Below, piece by piece: positions 12,428 to 24,520 of a DNA stretch of 64,000 bases; position 1 is the first letter of the stretch, and each line of letters starts with the position of its first letter. The translations under genes and the position numbers were made by a program. The DNA comes from Spongospora subterranea f. sp. subterranea (taxonomy: Eukaryota), in the NCBI GenBank assembly GCA_049724395.1, contig JAUGWO010000128.1, positions 310,001-374,000 of the forward strand. The letters run 5' to 3'. The notes under the pieces are model-generated. The model was given only the letters and a program-made list of their open reading frames with translations, was not told the origin of the DNA and did no database searches.

Positions 12428-15250
12428 ATGACGGGCGGCCATGATAATGATGGGCGTGGGGCCGGGCGTCAAAGAGGGGGCGCCCAGATCTCGCCCGATA
12501 CGCAGGCTAGGTCTGAGGAGATTCAACGCCAACTAAAATTCACGGCCTCTGAGCAAAAGCATTTCGAACTCGTGTGCGAAGTAAAACCTGATTGGAATAA
12601 TGCTGAAGTCGTGGATTTTCTGCGAAAATGCAGCTTCAACTCGACAATAATCAATACTGGTCTTATGAACGCTTTTGAAGGTATAGGTTATCGCAGATTA
12701 TCAAACATAGCTATTTAGATTAGTTTTAATACAGATCTTCGACCTAGCGAGGACCAAAGCGCTTCGCAATGGAATGTAAAGAGCAAAAAGGTCAGGCGTA
12801 AGAAAGATGTAGCTATTCCTCAGGTTACCAATGATGCCACCAAACCCAAGAGCCACACTCCTGGAAATTTTCGCCGAGAAAGGAACTTCACCAGTGCTCC
12901 GCAAAACCGTTTACCCCGACATGCAGCTGCTAAAGACGAAGGCTCAAGGCCAAATGCTGCAAACGCATCGCAGTCCAATTGGGGACTGTCGTCGTCTGGT
13001 GGCTGGGGCGAACCACAGCCGACCGTAGCATCGTCGGAACCGTCAAATGCTTCTTCCGGATTTGGAGAAACTGCCACTACTGCATCAGAAGGTAATGCGG
13101 CGGGTGGATGGGGATCCGCTGCCACTGCTTCCTCTGAACTCAAAGCTGCTTCTTCCGGGTGGGGAACTTCTCCCTCGGAACCAAAGGCTTCTGCCGGACG
13201 GGAAACGGCTGCCTCGGAACCGAAGGTTTCTGCCGGATGGGGAACACCCGCCACTTCTGCCTCGGAACCCAATGCTTCGTCTGGATGGGGAGCACCTGCC
13301 GCTTCTGCCTCGGAACCTAAGGCTGCTGCCGGCTGGGGAACCGTTCCTACTCCTGCTGCGCAAAATGAGTCGTCTAGTGGGTGGGAATCAGCTCCAGCTC
13401 CTCCTTCGGAATCATCAAAAGGTTGGGGGGACGATTCCAAATCAAGTAAAACCGCTCTTTCTGGCACCGAAGGTGCATCAGAGGCTGCAGCTTCCGCCAA
13501 CCAGAATATTTTGAGTTCAAACAGCAGCGCGCTAAAACCAACGACAACGTGGGCTGGAATGATGAAGCGTCATCTTGACAAGAAAGCCCCTGCTGTTGAA
13601 ACTGTTCCTGTTGCTAAGGTGCACCAAGCCGTGGCATCAGTCGCTGAAGTGGAGCAGAGTGTGCCAGTTGCCGAAATTACTGGTACATGGTCAACCGCTG
13701 AGCCCGCTTGCTCGGCCAATCCCGAGCCTGATGCCGAGGTGGAGACACCTGTGCCCCAAGTTCATTCATCCTTAGCAACATCCACCGACGACAATCCAAC
13801 CCCAGAGCAAGCCGTTGCATCTACAGCCCAAGATACCGAAAAGCCTGAGCCATCAGTTCAAGATATATTCTTGTTTTCTGATCCGGTGATACTCCCAGAG
13901 TACGTTGCACAGCAAGCGTCATCGTTCGACTCCACGACGATACAGTTTGGCAGTTTTTCACTTGAATCCAGCGAGGGCGACATTCAAGGTCTTCCGTCTT
14001 CACATTTAGAGTCTGTCAAGTCTACGAAAGAAAGCCAAGACCCTCTTTCAAATCACGCCAACAATCAGCAGCTTTTGCAGCATCATCATGGTATATCGTC
14101 GGAGGATTCATCTGCCGCCGCTCCTCAAGTACGGCAGCAATATCCTTCTGACAACGCCATTCCGCATCCACAGCAATTCGGGCTGTACCCTTCTTATAAC
14201 GTGCATTCCTATATGGGGTACGAACAAGATTCCAGCGGCGGTCCTACCTATTATGACCCATATGTCCAACATCCGCAGCGACCATCCAGGCCAAGGCAAC
14301 CTGCTTATAACAATGTTCGCGGGTCTAAACCTCGCAGGGGTGATCGTGGTTCCAGTGGCACCCGGAATGTTCATTCCCATGATGAGTTTGTACAGAATTC
14401 ATCCGAGTTTTCTGAGCCTCCATCGCAACCCCAGGCGCCGTTCGCACAAGGTGGGAGCGCTTCAGAGAAAGAATCTCAGTCTAAGCAACCTTCTATGTCC
14501 GATTCTAACCGCAACAATTCTTCAAGGAACAACAAGCAACGCCATCATCAAGGTCAACAGGTTGATCGATCTCGCGGTGGCTATCATGGTCATCCGTCAT
14601 ATTCCTCTGGGCCTATCCCCGTTGGTTACGCTCAGCCTTATGCTTATCCTCCATATATGCCACAATACTATGGTCAAAGTCAACAAGGATACGGTCCTCC
14701 TGGGTTTCGCCCACACTATCCACAATATCAGCAATCGTCTCAGGTTGGATATCAAGGAGGATATCAGGGCTCTGTGCCACGCCCAGCGTTCGTAGGTCAA
14801 CCCGACTACGTTGAAAACGCGAACGTACATCAATCTGGTTCTTTCCTACAATCCCCGAACATTCTTCAAGGAGAGCAGGCTTCAGCATCTGGAAAATCTG
14901 AACCTGATCATGACGGTGCGGTTCCGGTGAATACTCCCCAGGTGTATCAGTATGATCAGAGTTCCTGGCAGCAGATGCAGGATTTACAGCATCGGCAGCT
15001 TTTACAGCAGCAGCAGTTTCAAGGAAATGGGGCAACTGGAGGTCGTGACAACCCCGAGGGGTCTGTCGGCCACAATTCGTTCGATCGTCGCCCCGATTCG
15101 TCTCCCGTGCAGCAATCGTCGTATGGTTACGCCGGGCAGCAAGGACAAATGTATTCGCCATCCCAGAACTTCCAGGGATTCACCAACCACCACAGTGGTT
15201 ATGGTGAGGCAACTAATCGTGGATATCCTCATTGGACCAATCATCAATGA
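12428..15250 (+). CDS. UBA/CUE-like N-domain + GW/WG repeats + QFGSF motif + Q/Y/G prion-like tail (UBAP2L/Lingerer/GIP1-like), 3 exons
   Basis: Exon 1 small helical domain (ELVCEVKPDWNNAEVVDFLRKCSFN), then QWNVKSKK. The exon from 12824 is open in frame to 15250, with TWAGM and IQFGSF motifs and a Q/Y/G/P-rich C-terminus. Confidence 0.65.
12979..13430 (+). repeat. Coding minisatellite of 39-54 bp units encoding GWG-x-(PAASASEPKA)
   Basis: Recurrent ggNtgggg and gcctcggaacc motifs; about 9 GW/WG dipeptides. Confidence 0.8.
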
Positions 15251-15864
15251 ACTATTTTCATAATTCTACATATGTCATCATTGTTGTCGTTAATCATGTG
15301 CATTTTCCTAAATCTCCGATTCTTCTAATAGTTTAGCATTCGTCAATGTTGTTTCAGACGGTACGGGTGCGAAAGCGCTTGGCTTTGGTGGCAAGGGAAG
15401 CATGCCAAACATGGACAAGGAGAGTGTGAACTCCCGTTCAAAGTGTACTTGGAGAAATTGGTCGGAAAAACTCCGGTTTTTTATAACATCCCACGAACGC
15501 TATTGCCATTTGAATGACCATCAGGATGAAAAAAGACTGTTATATCCTGGGAAAAGTGTTCCAGAATTGTTCAGAAGTGAATCGTTGAGCAGTATTTATA
15601 ACCCAATATAATTAAGGGCCAATATTGATCATGATGTTGATCTTAACATCGCTTGTATCCTTAAGTCGCAACCATATTGGCAAGTCTCCGACCGGGAACC
15701 TGATTATCACTTGGTGCGATTCTCTGACTGGTGTGGTGATGATCCGGTGGTCCGTCACGGACTCCGTGGAGCCCGACTCCCTGACCCAGGGGGGGAAGGA
15801 TGACCCTTTCGTAGAGATCGCCCGGAAATCGACTGTCTTTCCTCCCCGACAAACCCATTATTCG

Positions 15865-18853
15865 ATGGAGGACGATGATGAACTCCCGTTCGTGATCGAT
15901 CGTGTCGGTAATCAGTCGAATTTATCAGCGGTCCCCGGTCCCGATACCAGTAAAACCACCGTGTTTATTCGCAATCTCCCTTTCGATATCACCGATGAAT
16001 TACTGGAACGCAAGTTCGAGGAGATCGGTCCTGTTCGGCGAGCATTTATTGTATCCGGTAAAGGATCGCAAGGATCTAAAGGGTATTCGGCAGAATCACT
16101 ACGAAAATTTTCGGTTTGTGCTCATTTGTTTCCTGGCAGATTCGGATTTGTTGTTTTTGCTGATGAGGCCGATGCCCAAGACGCAATCAAGCAGATTCAC
16201 AATAGCGAGATGTCGGGGCGTAAGATCAAGGTCGAGCTGGCCAAGCCAGGTGGCGCTACTCAGCAGCCCGAGCCGGTCGTCGGTTCAGAAGAACCGCTGG
16301 CCGCCGCTGCCAAACAACCTGCATCGGGTGGAACCGCCGTCAAAGCATCGTGTACTAATGGGAAATCTTTACCGTTCCCTCGTCGGCGATACTGTAAGAA
16401 GACGCCCTCAGAAACGAACAAGAACGTCATCATCATCGAAGGGATCTCATCGACAACCACTGAAAAGAAACTGTACGTCGTCACCAAAATTCAACCTCAT
16501 CGTCAATCTCGATGCTGAACCCGGTTTTCTTCAGCTCCCGTCGCATGAGGAAATATGGCGCCATTATTCGCCTTGAATATCCATCAGTGGAATCCACCCC
16601 ATCGTATCTAACCGCCCGCGTCGTGTTCCATCAACCGGAACCGGCCGCCAAAGTGATTCGCGCGCTGGACAAGAAGGACATGGACGGGTCGGCCGTCAGA
16701 GCGGGATATATCGACATCAAATGTGCACGAGTCGTCATTCGTAATTTACCGTTTAATTGTACACAGAAGCGTATCCGTCTGCTGCTCAAACAGTTTGGAT
16801 CGGTCTGTTCCAGGTTTTATTCGTTGATTTTACGTGTAGACTTACTCCCTTGCTGTAGATCGCTGATGTCAATCTCCCTGAGGATTCTACGAAAGGCCCC
16901 GGATGTCATAAAGGATTCGGATTTGTCCAATTTTTCGACGGTTGAGGAAGCTGAGAAAGCGGTTCAGGCAGGATCTATCAAACTTGGTAATTGTGCTAAG
17001 TGACCTCCAAATTATCATGTTGATTTGTTCTGATAGGGGGAAGGTTGATCGCTATCGATTGGGCGTTGGCCAAATCGCATTATCAGTCGCGTAATGCGGA
17101 AGGTGCTGGTGAGGATGCAGAGAATAGTTCGGATGAGGAGGAGAATGACGTTGAACAAGAAGCGGAGGAAGACGAAGACGATTTTATCGGTGATCATGAT
17201 GATGATGATGAGATTGAAGTCGATAGCGACGACGAGGTCGATGAAGATGTGGAAATGGAGGAGAGCGCAGTTGTCGAAGCAACTAAATCTGACCTTCCGC
17301 GCATATCCCGCGATGTTCACGAAGGTCGATCGGTATTCGTCAGGAATCTCCCATTCGACGTCAGCGAGGACCAGGTTCGTGACCTGTTCTCGCGATTCGG
17401 GGCCGTCAGCAAGGTCATGATTGTCATGGATAAGGTACTCACTCGACACACTCCCCTTCGACAACACGATCCGATAACGCTTGCCACAGGAGATGAATCG
17501 GCCCAAGGGCAGTGGATTCGTCCAGTTCGACAGCGCCGATTCCGCCTCGCGAGCTGTTGAGGCGTCCCGTTCCAGTCATGCTGGCCCGCCCTCCAAGAAC
17601 AAACCCCAACGCGCTAAAACCACTGATGGAGGTCTGTCGATATTCCTCGTCGATTGTTGTGTTGTTTGTCGCCACCCGCTGATGAAACCGGTGCAGGTGT
17701 ACAGCTATGTGGGCGTCCTCTAGACGTGGCCATTGCAGTTGACCGAAGCAAGGCGGGGCAATTTCAGGAGAGCAACTCGCAGAAGAAGAAGGAGGACAGG
17801 AAGTGCTCATATTTGGCCAAAGAAGGATATATCAAGGAGGACTCAGACGCAGCTAAAGGTGGGGTTTTCGTACTCCCATTATCGCGCCATAACTTCAACA
17901 GGACTCACTCTCGAATAGGGCTCTCGAAAATTGACATAACGATGCGGTCAAAATTGTATAAAGAGACGATGAAGAAACTCGATAATCCCAATTATATTAT
18001 GTCCAAGTTCAGGTTATCAGTGCATAATCTACCCAAACGACCTCGATGAAGCAAAATTAAGGCAATATCTATTCAAATGTTATGAACTGATTTCACATTT
18101 CTTAACGACTGTACAGATCGGCATTCATCAAGGGAATTAAGGGCAATCGTCCAGATATCCGACCCACTATTAAACAGTGCATTATCATTCGGGATAAGCA
18201 ACGGGTAGACGCAGCTGGTAAACCAAGGTTAGTCGTGATCATCGTCAACCTGAGTCGATAGTTTACTGGGGTGGAACAGGTCGTTGCGATATGGGTTTAT
18301 CGAGTTCACTGAGCACGATCACGCCGTCGTTGGCCTCAGGGCCGTCAACAATAACGCCATGGCTTTTGGCGACAAATCCCATCGTCCGATCGTCATGTTT
18401 GCCGTCGACGACGTGAGGAAGCTGGCGCTTCGGACAACCCGGCTAGCCAAAAACAAACAAAAGTTTCAGGTGTCTAAGCTAAAGGCTGAAATTGAATCCG
18501 ACGTTGCCGCGCCCAACAAAGATAAGGCCGATGTGAAACCGCGAAAGGATTCAAAAACTGGCAAACTTGTGGCGAAGCCTGTGAAACCATTGAAAAGGAA
18601 GCAAACATCAGACCCGACACACTTAGAACCTAAAAAGAGTGATACGCAACCGAAAACCAAGAGAGCGAGATTGCCGACGAAACCCAAGACGGCAGTAAAA
18701 TCTGCTGATAAGGTCAGGGATTCTACGATAGTGAAACAGTCGCAGGAGCAGGATCAGTTGAAGGTTATGATGGAAGACTACAAATCCAAATACGCATCGC
18801 CTAGTTCCTTCCAGGACCGGTCTCATCTGATCACCAAACGATGGTTTGAATAA
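15865..18853 (+). CDS. RBM28: Nucleolar multi-RRM protein RBM28/NOP4 (multi-exon; two apparent +1 frameshifts)
   Basis: RRMs TVFIRNLPFD, VVIRNLPFN, VFVRNLPFD and RLSVHNLP; acidic tract; YLAKEG; YGFIEFTEHDHAVVGLRAVNNN; RPIVMFA. Confidence 0.9.
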
Positions 18854-18956
18854 AGGAGCAATGTTGACCATTTCTCTTGTTGTGCTGTCTGTCAATAAAC
18901 AGTGTATTTGCGGAATGATAATTATTACAGATGATGTCGAGAGTGAGAGAGAGAGA

Positions 18957-19784
18957 TTATTCAATCTTGAGGCTGTTGAACTGTCCAGTTAATGGTGTAA
19001 ATCGTATCGGTATTGGAGCGACCACCTCAAATCTATCCGATTTCCTTCGTTTGCGATGGAAATCAAATGGAGCCGTTCCCACGACCTGCTGTATCGACGT
19101 CTCATATCTACACAAACCGGGTCAGGGTCAGCCCAACGATCAGCCTGATGTTGGTCTCCCCGGCGGCCATTACCTTTCCAGTTCATTATCGTGATCGGGA
19201 ACCGGTAGCGCCAATACAGGCGCTGAAATGGCGCTAGGTGGTCTATCGATATCCATGTACAGGTCCCCGATAGGATCTTGACCTGAGGTCAGGCAACGAC
19301 ACGGTTAGGAATCAGCGACGATCGGCGTGCCAAAGTAACGGCGGTTGATCGCATGTGATTGAGTAGATTACCTGATGGCGATACCGTGTCATGGCGCCCA
19401 ACACTGTTGGATTGGCCACGCTTCCTGCACTGAGGACCCTGGCACTCGCCCTGGCCCACACAATGGGGACACACGAAGAACACTTGACCGCACTCCACAG
19501 TACTCTTCCAATGGCGAAACTCGTCCACAGTTTGTGGTGCCCCAGGCCCTCGTAACTTGGCCATACAGGCTCGCCTCGAACAAAACACCTGAACAGTGCA
19601 AAGCAATGGGATTTTCAGCCTGGACATGGGCGGCCATGAGCCCCGACAATACCTTGCGACAATTCTCCAACGAGCAGGCAACCTGTTCAGCTACCTTATG
19701 CCGCCCAGACCGCCTAGCTGCATGATCACAGAAATGGCAGGCGCTATTTTGCCTCTTCCCAGACGATGACGATGTTTCACTCAT
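18957..19784 (-). CDS. Small zf-4CXXC_R1-like (CDCA7-type) zinc-finger protein, ~4 exons
   Basis: Splice-joined CHFC...CSLENCRK|VFCSRRAC...CPHCVGQGECQGPQCRKRG; last exon has basic RKRRK and ends SLKIE* at 18957. Confidence 0.55.
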
Positions 19785-20026
19785 TGATCGCCACCGGAAC
19801 CCGCCTTTCTTTCTGGTCTAAACCAGCTGGGCGGATGCCGGCTGCCCAAGATCAGATATTACATCACCTGAATCTATTTGCAATCTCTGGCACACGCCCA
19901 TCCAGATGGGACCGCATATTATTGTTTGTTCATCAGAAAGCGATATCATATATGTCACTACATTTTTGAGTGAACGGTTTATTAAAACAGCTAAGAGAAT
20001 ATGAAGTTGTACTGGAACGAACCAGC

Positions 20027-22326
20027 TTAGGCTAATCGATAGCTGTACTCAGGATTTCGCTGGAACCCCATTTTCGCGGCCAGCATATCAGCCTCTTTGG
20101 GTCCACGACTACCGAAGGCATAAATGATCGGCTTAACCTTTTCTTGCTCAAGACGATGCAATATTGGAGTGAATATAGCCCATGAGGCTAGCAGCTCGTC
20201 ATTACGTACAAACAAACTGTGATCACCTCGAACGACGTCCAGGATTAACCTTTCGTATGCATCGGGTAAACCAGCTTTGATATGCTCCTGCAGATTTCGA
20301 AAAAAATGTTGATGATCGAACTTGCGATAATATGGCATCTTACGAATCTCTTTTTGTATGTTAGATCTAGCTCAGTTTGATGCAACTTTTCATCTCCAGC
20401 CAATCCCGGCTGTTTGGTCATCAATTTGAGATAAATGGCTTCATCAGGCTGTACACGAATGACGAGCTCATTGGGAGATGGCGACACGGTGCCAGAGATA
20501 CCACCGTATAGATCACCTGGAGGTCGTCGGAACTGGATACGAATCTCGGCCTTGCTGCTATCTAGCCCTTTCCCACATCTGTAGTATTTTTATGTTAATA
20601 TGCGAAAAGGAAGTCCCTCTTCAGCAATTATACTTCAGAATAAACGGCACTCCATCCCATCTGCTGTTCTTGATAAACAAGACGGCTAGCGCATACGTTG
20701 GAGTTAATGAGGTATCTGGGACACCTTTATCGTCCAAATATCTGTAAAAAAAGGCGTTAATGAGAAGGTCAATAAACTTATTCGAGACACCACCCTGGAC
20801 TTGAACCGTCGCTGCTAGCACTGTACTGACCAATGACAATCTGATCCTTGGTCGCTGGGGCAATACACCTCAGCACTTTCACCTACAGTCAATTCTAAAT
20901 CTCAGAAAAAATGAATGTATGTACATCATTCATCATCCACCGACTTTCTCATCAGATACATCAGAAGCATTGAGGCTGGCCGGCTGTTCCATAGCTACGA
21001 GCGATAGGATCTGGATCAAATGATTCTAGCAGAACACAGTGATTGTCAGTACACGAGGGTGCTTTGAAACTGGAATTTACCTGCATCACATCACGAATAA
21101 TTCCAAATTGATCGAAATATCCACCTCGCCCTGCTGTCCCTACAATGTGTTTTCTACTGTAAAACCCCGTTATCTAATTCGTTTCAGTCTAGTACCGATA
21201 CTCTCTTTGAATGTAATCGTGACCAATTGGATATGCCGTCCGTTCCAAATCGGCTCAAATATTGAATTGGCAAATCGTAAAACGGACAAGTTTTGAACCA
21301 TTTCCTTTCCGAGATAATGGTCAATTCGATATATATGCTCCTCATTGAAGTGCCGCATAAGTGATGACCCCATTAGTGCAGCTGTGGCAAAGTCCGATCC
21401 GAATCTGCAAATTTGTAATGAGATTTCAATTCAAAAATGAATTTACTTTCTAATAAAAAAAGACTGACGGCTTCTCAACAACGACACGATTCCAGCCAGT
21501 TTGAGACATCTAATAACAATTATTGATCTGGTGAGAAGCAACCGATCAACGGGTCATACCGCGTGCTGGCGAATACCGCGAGCAGACGCTAAAAATACTG
21601 TTGGAGGGATCGCCAAATAAAATAACCTAAGTTTGCAATAAACCACCAACGTTATTTTGACGTCATGAAGAGCCTCACCGATTTGCCTTCGAACAGCCGG
21701 TTTCGAGCTTGTTACAAAGAGCATTTAGTTCACTGAATGCTTCATCAGAATCATATCTATACAAAAATCAGGAGCGGGACATGATGGCGGTGGAAATGCT
21801 AATACGCGCCAGTGAAATATATACATCGGTCGATGAATGCTTGCTGCTCCTCTTTAGAGTATTTTTGGTGATGAACACGCTGACGAAACTGATCTGTGCT
21901 CATGTGAGATCTAGCGTATCCGATGATGTTGACCTTTTTCGGAAGCAGCTACAACACAGTCGCAACATCAACCGAATTGAAATTGAGCGGATAGGAAAGC
22001 CTGTTACCTGAGATTTATATAAAGCAAATAAAGCGGGAAATGTTTTTTTCTTCGCCAAATCCCCGCTCGCCCCCAAAACGATTACAGTTAGACATGAATC
22101 GGGTGAGGATCCTTCTGAAAACGGCAAGCATGACTACTAAAAGTGTTGAAACCCTCCTTATGCAATGACCTTCATGTTGGGCGAATGAGGAAGTTTGCTT
22201 GGACTGAGAATACAATGCTTGCTTCAGTTGGTCGTTTTCTTGTTGAAGACGTTGATTCTCCTGAAACAGCTCATCAAGCGATGGGAATGAGACCTTGTCT
22301 GTTACTGGAGATGGAGATTCCGGCAT
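20027..22326 (-). CDS. G6PD: Glucose-6-phosphate 1-dehydrogenase (multi-exon)
   Basis: [74 protein letters not shown]. Confidence 0.97.
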
Positions 22327-23168
22327 GGCAGGCGATTACCCTAACACAATCTATTGGCAAACATCCCTCATAAATGAACCCACGAATACAGTGATACCAA
22401 TGCCAATCAGAATCGATGTCAGCCTGTTGTTTTACACCCCTTGATCGTCGTTGTGGAATTGAATATCTACGAACCAACGTAGCCAACCAAATATCGCGCC
22501 CTTAATTCATATAATCCGATGAATACGTATATGATGACTGGAATAATGCGAGGTCCCACTTTAACAGGTGTAGCAGGATCCCGGTACCACTCTGGTCTGT
22601 ATGTAGTGGTCGGGTCCTCTTAGTAGCAGCGAACAGGATATGTGTAGCGTCACAGCTAACGTTATCGTCTCTCAGTCGAGTCCGACTCGATATCGAGCTG
22701 GGGTTGGTCAATCACCGACCTGTAACAGAATGATGGTTCTGATACATACGGCCGCAGTCAGGTTTGTGTTTCCCCGCCGGCACATGCAAATGATATCTGG
22801 AGCTATCAGGAGTTGTTCTCGAAGGTTCAAACGGAAAATCTCGCAACTCTTTCCAGCGATTTGTTAGTTTGATGTCGCTCCTCGCCTTCGGCGGTTAAAA
22901 TGCACACTGTGATTGGTTATGACGTTGTGATTTTTTCACCCAAAAAATTGATGCGTTCCGTCTACAACCATAACCACCGGCATACATAGGGAACCAACCA
23001 CAAAGCTTTTTTGTCATCGTGAAATCAACCTTGATCTCGGTAAATGTTGATAAAACGTGATTTCGAGATATACTCATGTCAATATTTTGACATGGTAAAA
23101 AATGAATGTACGAAATCTCAACTAAATATCTTCCGTTTAAGTAAGATATTTATTCCTCTTTTGAACCC

Positions 23169-24089
23169 ATGGTGAATGGCACTCGGGTATCTCTGAAGGC
23201 TACGACTGTTCATAAAAGCACCCCGCTGCGATTTCCAAAACATCCCAATGCGTTTCGGGCTAGTGCAACCGTTCTAAGGGGCGACTATAAATATGTCCAT
23301 GAAGCTGAGTAGGATGTGATTGTTTTTCTTATGGTTCTACTGGTTTCTACCACTGATAAATGTAATAGATTAGAACCACACAAACCGAGCAGTAATGAAC
23401 CGAAATGGAAACCACTTTACCCTTGGAGAAGTACTAAATCGTCATCCGGAAATTTCCAGCATGGTCATCCCTGGGTGGCACCTCCTCCAAAATCGTCTTC
23501 TGCTGTGCGTTCTGATCGGCCAGATTCTTCCGCTATGTGGCGATATCCAAACCCACCGAAATCTGTCTTTAACTTATAGAGAATGTTTGACCTTTAATGA
23601 CATGTAGTATTGCAATAGGGTAACCAAGGTGCATTCACGAGAATCCAATATATTAGTGACCTAGAGATGGAAGCATGGATGTCCAGTCATGATCCCAAAG
23701 GGCTTACAATGGCACTATCAAATGAATGCCACAAACCGATTTCAAAGCAGCAGAAAAGCGAATTGTCTGGTGTCAGAGCTGGGGCATGGCTACCCTCACG
23801 AGGGAAGGTTGCAATGCCACAATGCTTATTCACACCATACTATGAGTACATTCAAGAAAACGCATTGCCGCCCAACAATTACGAGCTCGACTTACTGAAC
23901 CAAAAGTGCCATAAATATAGGGACAAGAAACAGTTCCGAATTCCGGCAGCAATGAGGCCGTATGATGAGCCAATGATATGTTATGCCCGCCTGGACGGAA
24001 AATATCACACACAACCCATGAGGCGGGTCGAGAATGTGGCAGAAGAGCTCGGAAATGATGCGCTAGCGTCCATAGCGAATAAACAATAA
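23169..24089 (+). CDS. Hypothetical spliced protein (5' end uncertain)
   Basis: Consecutive open exons with GT-AG boundaries (ORFs 23316-23579, 23667-24089); no domain recognised. Confidence 0.4.
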
Positions 24090-24520
24090 CACCCATTACG
24101 AAAGATCACTGTTGATCCACGATTCGCAGCTGATCCTAATTATGCATCGATAGCTGATAGGCGGTTTTAAAACAAAAATCTGATCTCCAGGTTTTCAACG
24201 ACGATTGTGTCAACAAGAGACTCTGCGTCCTGCACAAATTTTATGGAGAAATTGATTTCCGTGAGCAGGGAGTGATGTGGCCCTTGTTCGTGGCCCCTTA
24301 TTGAGTGCGTGTTCTGCAGACAGTACCGTCCGTTGCAGCCACGGGATCCACATGAAACAGTGAACAGCATAGACAGCCCTTGCGACTTGCGACAACACCA
24401 CCCCTCATTACACATTCAGGGTGGCATTAACCGCTCCCCAAGGTACCCACCCTTCCAATATTGTTCCGGTTAGGGCTGTCGCTCACCGAACTTCGGCCGT
24501 AGCAGGGGCGTCGCTAAACC

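Noticed and set aside
12820..14795. Long antisense and alternate-frame ORFs over the GW-repeat gene (and similar shadows over other genes)
   Set aside because: Shadow ORFs of low-complexity or repetitive coding sequence with no independent motifs.
24087..24170. Stop-codon readthrough after the hypothetical gene (in-frame HPLRKITVDPRF...)
   Set aside because: Only 26 open codons and no homolog evidence; other genes use TAA as a normal stop.
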